Source: the human T2T-CHM13v2.0 reference genome, Homo sapiens. From it: a DNA stretch of 64,000 nt. The notes under the pieces were generated by a model that was not told where the DNA came from, made no database searches, and worked only from the letters and a program-made list of their open reading frames with translations. The stretch's first letter is position 1. The number at the start of each line of letters is the position of its first letter. The position numbers and the translations under genes are program-made. The stretch lies in NCBI RefSeq assembly GCF_009914755.1, contig NC_060930.1, one strand, 5' to 3'. Positions 1 to 15,749 of this stretch are shown one piece after another.

Positions 1-75
1 AACCGAGATCGCGCCGCTGCACTCCATCCTGGCAACAGAGCGAGACTCTGTCTCAAAAAAAAAAAAAAAAAAAAA
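1..75 (+). mobile_element. Alu 3' end with poly(A)
   Basis: ccgagatcgcgccgctgcactcc...gagcgagactctgtctc followed by an A tail. Confidence 0.95.
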
Positions 76-268
76 GATCTTGAGGCCCACAAGGAATTTC
101 CTTGTGGGCAAATTGTGAGGGAGGTATGTAGCTATGTAGCTTTTTTATTTTTGTAGCTATCTTATTTAGGAATAAAAGGGAAAGAAGGTTTGCCTGATGT
201 ACTTTCCAACTTGACTTTTCCCTTGGCTTAGTGATTTTTGGGGTCCTGAGATTTATTTTCCTTTCACA
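76..268 (-). mobile_element. MER4-family ERV1 LTR, 5' part
   Basis: Reverse complement begins tgtgaaaggaaaataaatctcaggacccc...cactaagccaagggaaaagtcaag, the MER4 LTR start. Confidence 0.75.
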
Positions 269-1820
269 CTCATATTCATCTTTCTGTCAAGAATCAACTC
301 ACTTCAAAGTAAATTCAATGTTTGCAAGAAGTTTCTCTGTAAATGTGATGGGATTTAATTTTTGAATCATGACAGTTTAGCATTTTTCCTCAAAAGTACC
401 AACTTTACTGAAAAATAGAAGATATTTCATAGGGTAATACAAGATACTTTTTCAATATTTATCTCACTTTCCAGATACTTGGATATTTTCTATAGCAAAA
501 ATGTGGTCATTGGTACCTCACGTATGGGAAAATTCTGTAGTCTAATCCCCACCCCCAGCCTCCAAAAAAAAAAGGATTCCTGCATTGAATTTTGTTTCAG
601 TAACACATTTTACATAATAACTTATAATCATTGCCGTTTTATAGATCATTTATTAATAATATATTTACATATGAGTCTATGCTAGATCTTGCCTGAAAAC
701 AAAGTATTAATAAACAATTGCTTTATGTGCCTACCCTCTAAAGGCATTTGGTTTCTAGATGATATGCAAACACTGGTTTCTCAAGTCATCTTTGGTATAT
801 AATTGATACATTTATAAAGTAAAATATGTCAAAAGTTGATGACTTTATGGTATGTGAAAGTAATTTACTCACTTCCTGGTGAGAAGAATAGGAATGGGGT
901 TGCATTATTCACCTGTGTTACCTTTGATGAGTACATTGAAGAGCTGTGAAGGGAATTCATTCATCTTTCCTTGGCTAGCAGGTTTGCTGCTGGTTCATGA
1001 AAGGGAAAGAAAAGGGAAGAAGCACATATAGGTGTCACAGTAAAAGGATCACTTCATAGAGTAATTTGTTTTAAGGAAAAGCTTTCTATATATTTCTTCT
1101 TCAACGCTCCCCCCTCAACCACAAATAGAGGTTCTTAACTTGAGAGTCTATTTATTTATTTATTGTCTTCAGAAGGGTCATAAATGCTCAGAAATTTTAT
1201 GTAAAATCAATTTTTATCTTATGAGTGGGCCCATAACATTTATTAAGTCTTTGGACCATTACCCAAAAAGGTTTAGAGCCACTGGTTTTAAAAGGCTTTT
1301 GTGTCTTGTGATGTAGAGACAATCAGATTCTGGTAATTATTTGGTTTTCATGGTAACTAAGATGTGGGATAGAACTCCGACTGTGTACTTTATTTAGTAT
1401 ACAGAGGAGGACACAAACATGAGAAGATTAAGGTAGAGAGTGAAATATGGTCAGGACAAATGTGAATTTAGAGCCTGAGTGATGGTTTAGTGGATTTATG
1501 TCCTCACTTGTCACTAATGAAAAGGACCTTACAGGTTATATAATTAAAGGTAGATACTAAATACTGAAACTAATACCAGTCATTCTATTCCATCTTCTGT
1601 GGTAGGCTTCACTTTCATAAGGGTGTGGGGGAGATACCTAACGATGTTTTCACCCCTAGTGAAATTAATTGATAATTTCCTATGGTGCTTTGTGGCTATA
1701 TTTCAAATGCAGTATTTTCTTACTGGCTCAGTAGGAAGAGGCTTGGAGTTAGATGATTTGGGTTTAATCTTTGCCCTGTAATAACTATAAGACTCTTGGA
1801 AAAGATACTTAATGGGTTAG

Positions 1821-2157
1821 TGTCTTAGTCTGTGCTGCTACAACAAAATACTGAGACTGGGTAATTTATAAATGACAGAAATTTATTGCTCACAATTCTG
1901 TAAGCTGAGAGTTCAGCATCAAGGCACCAGAAGATTCACTGTCTGGTGAGGGCCTGTTCCTCATGCATGGCACCTTCTATGCATCCTCACGTGACAGAAG
2001 GGGCAACACAAGCTCTCTGAAGCCTCTTTTGTAAGGATATTTATCCTGTTTATTAGGGTAGAGCCCTCCATCACCTCCCAAAAGCCCCACTTCTTAATAC
2101 CATTCACCTTTGGTGTTACATGAATTTTAGGGAGAAGCAAACATTCACACCACAGCA
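1821..2157 (-). mobile_element. MaLR solo LTR (MLT1A-like)
   Basis: tgtcttagtc...ctgggtaatttataaa...gtctggtgagggcc...aacattcacaccacagca, with TG..CA ends. Confidence 0.8.
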
Positions 2158-2292
2158 ATAAGTTAAATCATTTTGTATTTTTATAGGTACAAACAAATTA
2201 CTGGAACAGAGAAAAGTGCTAATAATGAGACCCACTTGTGTATGGGAACTTGGGATATAATTGTGGTTGTGCTATAGTCAATAAAATAGAGT

Positions 2293-2598
2293 GGCCAGGC
2301 ATAGTGGCTCACGCCTGTAATTCCAGCACTTTGGGAAGGCAAGGTGGGTGGATCATTTGAGCCCAAGTGTTCGACAGCAACCCGGGCAACATAGAGAAAC
2401 CCTGTCTGTACAAAAAATACAAAAAAGTAACCAGGTGTGGTGGTGCATGCCTGTAGTCCCAGCTACCAGGGAGACTTGAGGTGTGGGAATCACCTGAGAC
2501 TGTGAGGTCAAGGCTGCAGTGCGTTGTGATCACACCTCCAGCCTGGACAACAGACTGAGACCCTTTCTCAAAAAAAAAAAAAAAAAAAAGAAAGAAAG
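2293..2598 (+). mobile_element. AluJ, full length
   Basis: Two arms with J-type ttgagccc, an A tail and TSD aaaatagagt (2283-2292 / 2599-2608). Confidence 0.9.
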
Positions 2599-2619
2599 AA
2601 AATAGAGTGGAGGGGAGGG

Positions 2620-3300
2620 GACATTTCAATAAAGGTGCAAGGATGGTAGGCTTTCCATATAAAAAATTAGGTTTTTTTTAATCTCATCATATGGAGAAAT
2701 GAAGTCCAGATATGTTAAAGACCTAGATGTGTAATCAAATTTTAAGTGTACTAGTAGAACTGATTTTCTGATGTCTGTATAACCTTAGTATGGAAAAATA
2801 TTTCTTAGAACCTGAGAAATACAACTCTGAAAGGAAATGACTCAGCTTTATTCCCTCTAAGCAAAGAATTCCTGCAGGGGGAAAATGATACTATAAACTG
2901 AGACAAAAGACAATTCACATCTGGGAAAATAGTTTTATAATATATGTAAGACATAAAAGGTTATTATCCATAGTATATACAAACTCATACAAATCAGTAA
3001 GCAAAAGACAAAGCACCCAATAGAAAAGAAATGCAAAGTTTAATGACATTAATGGCCAATAAATGTATACAAAAAAGCTCATACTCATTCTTAGGTCACA
3101 TGATCCATACTAATAGGATAATTTAAATCAGCAAAACCAGATAGTGTCTCACACTTAAAAGTGCAAGATCCAAAAGTCTGGTGTGTACCAAGTGCTGGTT
3201 AGGATAGGGGAAAAAGGGATGTTCACACACTGTTTGTTCCCAGAAAAACTCCTGCACTTGTGTAAGATGTGTGTATGAGAATATATACTCCAACATTATT
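2620..3300 (+). mobile_element. Old L1M (L1ME-like) ORF2 3' fragments
   Basis: Degenerate L1 motifs: ttaaagacctaga, atacaaatcagtaagcaaaagaca...cccaatagaaaa, caagtgctggttaggat. Confidence 0.55.
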
Positions 3301-3319
3301 GGGAACAAATTTCTGTTTT

Positions 3320-3505
3320 TCTCTTTTTATTTTTAATTTTTGCGGATACATAATAGGTATGTATATTTATGGGTTATATGAGATGTTTTCATACAGGCAT
3401 GTAATACTTAATAATCACATCATGGAAAATGGTATATTCATCCACTCAAGCATTTATTCTTTGTGTTACAAATAATCCAATTATACTCTTAGTTATTTTG
3501 GAAGT
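3320..3505 (-). mobile_element. L1MA 3' end
   Basis: T tail followed by gatacataataggtatgtatatttatggg...aataatccaattatactctt. Confidence 0.75.
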
Positions 3506-3956
3506 GAATTTCTATCATTAGGAAATGTGTGAGAGAACTCTGATATATTAATAAAGTAGAATATTCAACTGCACATAATTTTAACTAAATCTCTACATAT
3601 TAACATGATATATGTATTGAAAATACAATATTAAGGAAAAGAAGATCAAGTTTCAGAATTAAAGCAGTTTCAAAGCAGTGGAATTTTAAGGACACATAAA
3701 GCCACAATATATTGTTCAGAGAAATGTGTATAGTATAGTAAAAAAAACATAAATCAGATTTATGAATGTCTAGCTCTGGGAAGGAAGAGAGAGGTAGCAA
3801 GGAATTATATTCTTTATCTCTAAGGTTGTACTTTTTATATAAAAAACCAGGAAGCAGAATGATAAAATATTAACATTTATTAATAAAGGGGTGTTGTGAA
3901 CATGGTTATGTTACATTAATCAACTTTTTGGTATTTCTTTGATTTTTGGCAAATAA

Positions 3957-4073
3957 GTGCTGCAAAGATCTGAATGTTTGTTTCCTCCCAAAATTCATGT
4001 GTTGAAACTCAGCCATCAATGCAATAGTGTTAAGAGATGAGGCGGGCCTTTGGGAGGTGATATAGGTCATGAA
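3957..4073 (+). mobile_element. MLT1A-like LTR 5' fragment
   Basis: tctgaatgtttgtttcctcccaaaattcatgtgttgaaac...gcctttgggaggtgat. Confidence 0.7.
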
Positions 4074-5233
4074 AGCTAATTTCTTTCATTGCCTTTTAAA
4101 ATGAATTCTAGATATGTCACAAAGGTAGAAATGATCTTCTCCATTAGAGGAGTATAATTCAGATTGCATTCCTCAATTACCCTTCCAAGTATAAATAATG
4201 CATTTGTTTTCTCTGCCAGGCTGGCATTAGTCTTGATTTGTAACTTTTCCTATTTACAAAGCCAAAGATTGCTATTTCTATAAATGCCTTACCTTCTTTT
4301 GTGACCTTGTTTTTTGGTGATTGTCAGGTTGACCCTTTTCCTCCCACATCAAGAAAGTTTTGTGGTTAGAAGAAAGGGAGGGCAACCATCAGGCAACAGA
4401 CTTCCTTTGATGTCATATTCAAGTACTGATCTTAAGCTGTCCTTTGGGTTTTTACAAAGATACTCTAATGCATGGCTTCCATCTGATCCCTTCCTCCAGC
4501 TGTCTTCAGCCTTTGCTTTAATGTATTTTGATTATTGTATGCCCTATCTTTATGTTAGTAATCATGCTTAATCATTTCAAATAGACTTTTTAAAAGTTGA
4601 ATTAAACCAATAATTGGTGCAATAGCTTTCTTTTTGTGTTTATTCAAAAGAATTTTATAAGGTTATCTCTTCCCTGTCTTATGTGAAAGGCTGGCAGACA
4701 TTTTCTGTAAAAGGCCAGACAGTACATATTTTAGGTTTTGTAGGCCAAGAGGCAAAATGAAGAATATTATGTAGGTACTTGTAATACAAGAGAAAAGACA
4801 AATTTCCACATATTTTATTGAGAAAATTGAAAATATAATAGTATTAGTAATAATAAAGTATCTTGAAATTTGTAATATAGATTTACTAATGTAAATAATA
4901 GAATTATTTCTTTTGAGATAATGTTTTGCTTGCCTGGGGTTGAACATTAATGTTTCCTGTCATCAGTGTTAATTGTAAATATTCATCTGTCGTACTGATC
5001 TGTGTTGAAATGTTACATATTTCATATTTAAAACATCTTTTCACACATACAGGTTTTGCCGAATATAGATATTAGTCTACTAGCATGTATGCACATTCAT
5101 AATTTGGACGTTTTTTATACGATTCTTTAGATTCATCTCTTGATATTTGCCTTTTAGAATTTCATTACAGTGCAGAATACTTCCAATTGAAAATTAGGTG
5201 GAAGCTCCTCAGTTGCACAGTCAAATGGATTTT

Positions 5234-5531
5234 TTAAAAATTCCTTATTGAAATATGTTTCACATATCGTATAGTTCACATATTTAAAGTGTATAATTAT
5301 TATTTTGTATATTCACAGGATATGAGACCAGTATCACTACCTAATTTTGAAACTTTTTTTATTCCCCCTAAGAGAAATCCCATACCCATTATTCATCATT
5401 CCCTGCCCTCACCCCAGGCCTCCTATCCCCATCCTAAGAAACCATGAATCTAGTTTCTGTTTCTATAGAATTGCTTTTCCTGGACATTTTATATAAACAG
5501 AATCATGCAATATGTGGTCTTTTGTAACTGA
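5234..5531 (-). mobile_element. L1MB-like 3' end inserted in Cheshire
   Basis: L1MB 3'UTR motifs; TSD caaatggatttt (5222-5233 / 5532-5543). Confidence 0.8.
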
Positions 5532-5657
5532 CAAATGGATTTTGAAATAAGGAAATTTCAAGGTCCAAAAAATGCTGTTGGAATGTTGAAATCATAAATT
5601 GAGCTCAGAAAATGTGTCTACTGCAAATTAGTGTGAAAACGGAGATCTTGCTTCTTG

Positions 5658-5791
5658 TTTTTTTAAATGATTATTTGCTTATTTTTAGAGACAGAGTCTG
5701 GCTATGTTGTCCAGGCTGGCTTTGAACTGCTAGGCTCAAGTGATCCTCCTGCCTCAACCCGTGGAATAGCTGGGACTATACCTTGCCTGGC
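5658..5791 (-). mobile_element. FLAM / Alu left monomer inserted in Cheshire
   Basis: agagacagagtctggctatgttgtccaggctgg...gctcaagtgatcctcctgcctc; single arm. Confidence 0.8.
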
Positions 5792-5990
5792 TCTTATTTT
5801 AATTTTTGACAGGATGAGAAGGTGATATAGAAGCTCAACACTTGAATCTTGTGATTCAAATATTAGTTGTTACAATGATTTTACTGCAATATTAACTTGT
5901 ACATTCTGCGGTTTGTTGTGATTTTAGATTGGATTAATTAACATACATTAGAAAGTCTGCAGCAAAAGCTAATTTCCAAAGCCGTTAGAT

Positions 5991-6316
5991 TAAGTGTCCC
6001 CAATCCAGGGATCAATCCCCGGACTGTTAGGAACCAGGCCACATAGGAGGAGATAATGCTCGGGTGAGCGAGCATTACCACCTGAGCTCCGCCTCCTATC
6101 AGGTCAGCGAAGGCATCAGATTCTCATGGGAGTGTTAACTGTATTGTGAACTGCACATGCGAGGGATCTGGGTTGCACGCTCCTTATGAGAATCTAATGC
6201 CTGATGATCTGAAATGGAACAGTTTCATCCCAAAACTATCACCCCTGACCCCCATCCATGGAAGAGTTGTCTTCCATGATACCAGTCCCTAGTGCCAAAA
6301 AGGTTGGGGACCACTG
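5991..6316 (+). mobile_element. MER1B (hAT-Charlie MITE) inserted in the Cheshire transposase
   Basis: Ends (taagtg)tccccaa...ggttggggaccactg; internal tgagctccgcctcct, gagaatctaatgcctgatgatctg; 8-bp TSD cgttagat/cattaaat. Confidence 0.9.
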
Positions 6317-7939
6317 CATTAAATGGTCTATGGCAGTTTTTCGTATTCTGAAAAGTTTCAACCTAAGCTCAAAATACTGCAATAAAACTTTACGACTGCT
6401 AACTCATCAAATTACTGGCTAAGGCACATCAGGATATTCAGCTTCTACTCATGACAGAATTCACAGAATGATTGTTAAATCCATGAAAGCAAATGAATTT
6501 TATAAGTGACACTGTTGGTTCAATAACACATGATAGATTTGAGTATTTTTCACAAAGTACCTGCTGATAAGTAATACAGTGAATAACCACAACCGTTAAA
6601 AACCCAAAATGTTCACTAGCTTTTTAAATTTGTCAAACTAAGCCTTTTTCTATCCTACATTTTTGCCACCATCCATTTTAACACATTTTAGCAGATTCTA
6701 CTTGAGATTGTACTGAATTTGTGTTTTCTCAATTTGTTTAATCTTTAAACTTCTCTAATTAAAGTTCTTTAATCGTTAACACCTTTAATCTTTGCCTATA
6801 GTTATTCCACAGAGAATGTTCATTCATAGAGACTGATTTTCCAGGTCACTTCAAACTCAGCATTGACTCCTCAAATAAACAATAACAGTTAAGCCGTATC
6901 TGTATGTCAGTTGACATGTAAAGAGCCAAGGAAAACAACTTGAAATCATTTGCCTTGTTTTTAAATTGCATGTTAATGTTGCTTCCAAGTTTTGCAGCTC
7001 TTTGAACAGGGGTATCACCAAAATGCTAATAGTCTTAAACCAGTTTATTTTTTTATAAGCATATATCTGCTACAATATAATTTAATTTGCTTGTCTAACA
7101 AATGTGCCATTTGAAAAGTTACTTTGGTGCAGCTTCATTTTGCATGTTTACATTTTGTGAAGTTCTGTGTGATGGAATTTTTTTTTAATTTACTATTTTT
7201 TAAACCGTCACTTTACTTTTAGTTGGCAATATTTTGATGAGCGCTTATGCTAGTAATGTTGTCATGTATTGTATTCTTTTAGTATAACTACAGTCTCACT
7301 GCATAATAAACAAAGTTATTTGCCATGTAATTACGTAGCAAAATAATCCACACTCCATTGTGCCTTCAAAGCATGACACTTGAAGTTTATTTATCTTCTT
7401 TCTTCTTTTGACGTATGCAATAGTAATGAGAAAAGTAATGCAAGAGTCATGGTAAGGTAATATGCATGGCACTCCAAATGCTGTCAAGTTTTAACTGTCA
7501 CTGTGATTCATAGTGAACTGAGCAATGGTGGGAATCAATGAGAATGTCACCTATGATCTCCATCACAACTCAGCTCTGCCATTGTCACACAAAAGCAGCC
7601 ATAAACAGTGCATAAATGATGAGCATGGCTATGTTCCAATAAAGCTTTATTTGTAAACACTTAAATTTGAGTTTGATATAATTTTCATGTTATCAATTAT
7701 TACTATTCTTTTCATTTTTCTATTTAACCATTTAGAAAGGTAGAAATCATTCACAGGTCGTAGGCTGTACCAAACAGGCAGCAGGTTAGATGTGGCCCAT
7801 GGACCAAATAATTTACTGAACTCTGTCCTATATTATTGATTTTTCTCTTTATTGGATCTTTCTTCTTAGCATACAAACCAGCTGTTATTGTTCTCTGCTT
7901 GAAAAAAAAAACACCAACAAAATAAAGACAACAAAACCC

Positions 7940-9695
<1,756 letters not shown>

Positions 9696-9789
9696 AGTAT
9701 CTTGAAGACAATTTTGTAAATCATTTTTTCTATATCTAGAATTGTAAGATTTTAGAGCTGGAAGGGATTTTATGTTATAAATAGTTTCT

Positions 9790-9966
9790 AAACCTGTGCT
9801 AATAGCCACATGGTACTATTCAAATGTAAATTAAAATTAAGTAAAGATTTAGTTCCTCAGTCCTAGTAGCAACTTTTAAGGGCTCTTGTGTTCAGTGGCT
9901 GCTGTATTTGACCACTCAGGTATAGCACTTTTCTGTCATACCAGAAAGCTCTATTAGACAGCCCTG
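9790..9966. mobile_element. MER3-like hAT MITE
   Basis: tagccacatg...aaattaaaattaa...agttcctcagtc...cagaaagctctattagacagccctg. Confidence 0.65.
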
Positions 9967-10049
9967 GGCCCATGGATTCCCCAAGGTCATACAGGTCATT
10001 AGTCCATGACTGATATTGAACCCAGGGGACTCAAATGATTTATGAAAAT

Positions 10050-10212
10050 TACAGAGTATTCCTTCTCATATAAATGCCCTGGGGATCTTGTTAACATTGC
10101 AAATTCTGATTTACTAAGCCTGAGATGGGGCCTATACTTTTACAATTCAAACAAGCTACAAAGTAATGCCAGTAATGCTGACCTGCAGCATCACACTTTG
10201 AGTAGCAAGGCT
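10050..10212. mobile_element. MER5-type hAT MITE
   Basis: cctggggatcttgttaa..tgcaaattctgatt...cacactttgagtagcaagg. Confidence 0.7.
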
Positions 10213-11179
10213 GTAGAATGCTCTAAAATATTAAGGAATAACTCCTTTTAACATTTTAAGTAGGACATGTATTCATTTTTACCGCAAAGGTATGTTTTGT
10301 AATTAGAATAATGTTTCCTAATAAAACTAGGTGAAACCTTAAATACTGGTTTTGTACAAAGCTACATATATTAAAACATGTTTTCTATTCCCAAATGAAA
10401 ACTTGATAAATAATAGTCAAGCAGGAGAAAATAAGAAACTAAGAGGCTATAGAACATTGATTTTAAGAATGTACTTGACATAGGCTGGTTTGTGGTTTAT
10501 ATTTCTAATGCTGTGTAGATGTAATGGCTGTTCTGCTAACATCTATAGCAAGATACTGGATTCGGTTAGCTTGTTCTAGTGTATTATATAATAAAAGTTT
10601 AGAATAGTGAGAAGAGGGGAGGTTTTTCTTGTTGAAATTGACTTGTTCCATTTTGTTTCAGAATGTGGATTTGATCTTGGAAAGTATGGTACTATCTTTT
10701 GAATGATAAAAGTACATTGAATTTTTCTGTTCCAAATTTTGTAAAGAATAATTCTTTAGCAGAACATTCTTTGTTGTAATGATTTTTTTTGTCAAATTCT
10801 AATTGTAAAGTAATTGGATTACTTTAATAAATTACTAGTTAGTAAATGTAATAAATTTACTTTAAATAAATTTAATAAATTTATCCTTAGTTGCTTATGC
10901 AGATGACCACTCATCTTTTACCTAAAACGATTTATGTCTTTGATGATGTTACATTTAGATATCAGAAAAAGACATTGCCATGAAGCTGTCTAAATTTTCC
11001 AATGTAATAGAATATTTGTTCATTTTATAGACTGAGAAACAACTGTCAGTGCTCTTGCCTATAGTAGTATTATTGGCAAATTTATAGAGCATAATCAAAT
11101 AAAACATTTTGTAATAATTGAGTTCAAATAGTAAAATATACTTGATATATGAACTTTCTTTTGGTCTCTACTGCTGGCC

Positions 11180-11330
11180 AGTTATGCCTAAAGTTGACTT
11201 ACTATCAGAAACGCATGAGGCATCTATTAAAAAATAGATTCCTGAGGTCTTGCCCCAAGAAATTCTGATTTAGTAATTCTGGGATGTGTCCCAGGAATCT
11301 GTATTTTTACAAGTATCTTGGGTTTTCTGA
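11180..11330. mobile_element. MER5-type hAT MITE
   Basis: aaaatagattcctgagg...attctgatttagta...cccaggaatctgtattttta. Confidence 0.65.
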
Positions 11331-11519
11331 CTAAGCGAACAATATAAATAGAGTGCCTAGAACAATAACTGGCAGATAGTAATTACAAGTAAATATTAGA
11401 TCTTCTCCTCCCCTCCCGTCCTTTCCACTAAAATTATTATCATTAGCCCATCTGTTAACCAAACTTTGGTTAGGTTTTCCTTTCTTTGATGAAGAGGCTT
11501 AGGAAATATGAGAGAATAA

Positions 11520-12085
11520 GATCATTCCTCAGTTGCGCAAATATTCACTGAGGGCTTTCTAGTTGTGGCACGCACTATTCCAGATCTTGGCAGTGCAAAG
11601 GTGAACCTGACATGTTTTTAAGTCAGGGAATTGTAGCCTATTCGGGTAGATATATAAGTAAAATCACCTGTCTTACAGTGTAGTAGGTGCTACATTAGAG
11701 CTAGGTGCAGGTGCTGGGCGGCACATAGGAAGGCCGGGTAGGCCAGCTGTTTGTCAGGGAGAGTTTTGTAAGGAATAGTGAGGCCTCAGATGAGATCTAA
11801 GGGTAAGTAGGAGTTAGCCAGATAAAGAAGGGGCTGCGTAAAGAGTGTGTCAGGGCTAAGAGTGCCACAGCTGAAAGAGCATACTTCTTCAGTGAATTGC
11901 AGTGGCTCAGTAGAAGCAGGAGATCCTCTGGAGAGGTGAGTGGGAATTCGAGCCATTAATCTATGACAAGGAATTGAGGCCTTTATTCTGCAGGTAGTGG
12001 GCAGTGATTGAAAGTCATTGAAACAACATTTTGCATTTGAGAAAACAAATTACTCTGGCTGGAGTGTGGAGAAGGGACTGGAAAG
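11520..12085 (-). mobile_element. L2 fragment
   Basis: caaatattcactgag...taagtaggagttagccag...ggcctttattctgcagg. Confidence 0.6.
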
Positions 12086-13224
12086 AGGGAAGGGGTCATG
12101 ATGGAAGGAAGAGGAAAAAGCAAGTTTAGAAGAAAATGGAATTTTAAAATATTAGCCTAGAGAAAAAAAAATATGTATATAAGGGATGTGTGTGTATCTT
12201 TTTGTTTTATAAATGTTTAAACATATTTTTAAAATATAGGCAGAATAGTCTAACCCCATGTGCCTGTCACACAACCACAACAATTAGTGACTTATGAACT
12301 ATTTTGTTGCGTATCTATTCCCACTCACTTCCCCTTCCCTTCCTTATTTTGAAGCAAAATCCTGACGTGATTTCATCTGCAAGTCTTTCAGTATGTATCT
12401 CCCTAAAGTGAGGACTTATTCTTTTGAACGGAGACATAATTACACCTAAATAATAATCATTTCTTAATATCATTATATATCTAGTCAGTGTTCAAATTTC
12501 CAGTTGCCTCATGAATGGTAGACTTCACAAACTTGTAAGTGAAATAACTAAGACTGTCCAGACTTCTGACTTCAGATGTGTGAATCTGTTTTCTCCCATA
12601 CACAGCTGCTTTGCTGCTCCCAAATTGGAGAAAAAAAAGTTAGTTACTAGCATGATGTTAGGTAGATACAAAAGTTTCTACAACCTGCTTTTTGTATATA
12701 TCCTCAAACTACTACATCCTGAGCTGCCCAAGTGTTTTCTTTTGTGCTAGTAAGTGCTACTTTAGGCAGTTGTATGGCATTATATTTCCAACTATGCTTT
12801 CATCTTTTTTAGGAGTAAGAATTATACTTGAAAAACTGTACACCTGTTACTTGAGCCTGAATTTTATAGCTCCGTGGCTGACTGTTGGCAGGCTCTGGGA
12901 TTTGGAGCTTACCATCTAAAAGAGATAGTACTGAGAAAGTTGAGGTATACTACGAGAATTTTTTATGATCCAGGAATAGACAACTTTGTAAATTCAGGCT
13001 ACTAATATTGTGTAAAAATGGGATGTTACGTATCCAAGTATTAACCTAAGGATAATTTATAGTTCTATTAAGAAAAATTAAAACAAGATTATTTCTCATT
13101 GTTGACTATATTTGTACCCTTGAGTAGGGAGATGTTTGTGGTTTGTCAGTTATTTATACCACCACCTTCTTCATCCATATTTTATTAAAAGTTAGTGTAC
13201 TTTTATTGCCTCTAATCTCTTTTA

Positions 13225-14575
<1,351 letters not shown>

Positions 14576-14646
14576 TAATCCATTGCAATCTGAATTCTGT
14601 CCCCACAGCTCTGTTGACATTGGCTCTTGAAGGCAAACTTCATAAT

Positions 14647-15749
14647 GAGGGGAAGAGTCAAGTTTTGTGTAACCTGAAGCATATACAGTGTGAGCATACT
14701 CTTTAAGACTAAGTTATGAATATAAAGTTAGATGCAAAAGTAAATGATTACAATGAGACTATAAGTCACAACAATTACAAATTTTAAAAGCTACCAAATA
14801 CTACAAATATTGCAGTTTTAAAATATAACATTCCTCTTAACTGCCTTGTATATCTTTATATTACTTATCTATTTTTTACTATATAAAGCCTGATTACCTT
14901 TGTATAATGAAAATTTTGTAATGTAATTTTGAAAGTTGGAGTATAAAAATGATCCGTATTTTCTTTAAATCATCTTAATATGGTTTAGTATTGACAGTGG
15001 AGATGCATAAAATATGTTCCTCTTCACACAGACTTGTTTGTAGCACTCCTGCAAGTTTAGGTTCTACAAACACGGACGTGCTGGTAGAGTCTATTTTTTC
15101 ATCATTTCTGTCAAAAAAGAATTTATTTTCTGTTTTGGTCCGGTGTGTATTCATTTGTTAAACTGATGAGAAGAGAATTTCTGTTTTGACCAGGCATAGA
15201 AAAGAGAATCCTCTGTTTAAAATGTTCTGTGTGATGATTGAAAGGATTTTTCTATAGAAGAGTTCACGGCTCCATGTATTTGCATGTATGGCTGCTTCAC
15301 TACTCGCATGTTCCCCACCCTGAGCTTTATAGAACATGTTGTATTACAATCCTGGTGCTTAAGTCATGACTCCAGGTAAGTCAGCACAAAAGGATGGAAG
15401 ATATTCCTGGAAATCATTCCTACCCTAGGGCTCTGCCAATTACTTAACCATATGCGAAAGTGACTGTAAATCACATAGACAGGTTCACACAACTCGAGTT
15501 AATATATTCCCATCTCAAATACTTCTTAGGCAAATCCGAAAAATGTTCACTCATAGCTGTAGTAATGACAGCAGACACATTGATGAAGGGCAAGTCAGAG
15601 TGGAAAGTGACAGGGGTCTTAACCAATTACAGTTAAATCTCTCACTCCTGCAAAAACATCTGACGCATTGAGCACATTCATAGGTCCTTGGAAACAGCCT
15701 GTGGCGATGAGATACCTGGACACTAGTTTCAGGGTAAATCCTGCATCTT
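14647..15749. mobile_element. About 1.1 kb hAT-like element with MER53-type termini
   Basis: The left end gaggggaagagtcaagttttgtgtaacctgaagcatatacag..ctctttaaga and the right end ggtccttggaa...ctagtttcagggtaaatcc match my recollection of the MER53 ends. Confidence 0.6.

Larger units (their letters stand above)
4685..7825 (-). mobile_element. Near full-length Cheshire (hAT-Charlie, MER58 parent) with a decayed transposase on the minus strand, interrupted by L1MB, FLAM and MER1B
   Basis: MER58-type ends on both sides; 8-bp TSD tcttatgt/tcctatat (6/8). Minus-strand transposase remnants: CLLCSETVVILKEYN (BED-like), FSLAL...DTA, VSSRKVLLQYFELR (decayed RWLS motif), LWKLAFAAD, IFGKTCMCEKMF. About 2.4 kb after removing the inserts. 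Confidence 0.85.

Noticed and set aside
1395-1560. Possible upstream exon of the short isoform
   Set aside because: Only weak splice-like motifs and no promoter signature in the sequence.
10645-10690. Acceptor-like ttccattttgtttcag followed by gtatgg/gtacta
   Set aside because: The donors are weak and a 22-27 nt micro-exon is unsupported.
10820-10885. Repeated aataaattt motifs resembling a poly(A) signal cluster
   Set aside because: Low-complexity AT DNA; expected by chance.
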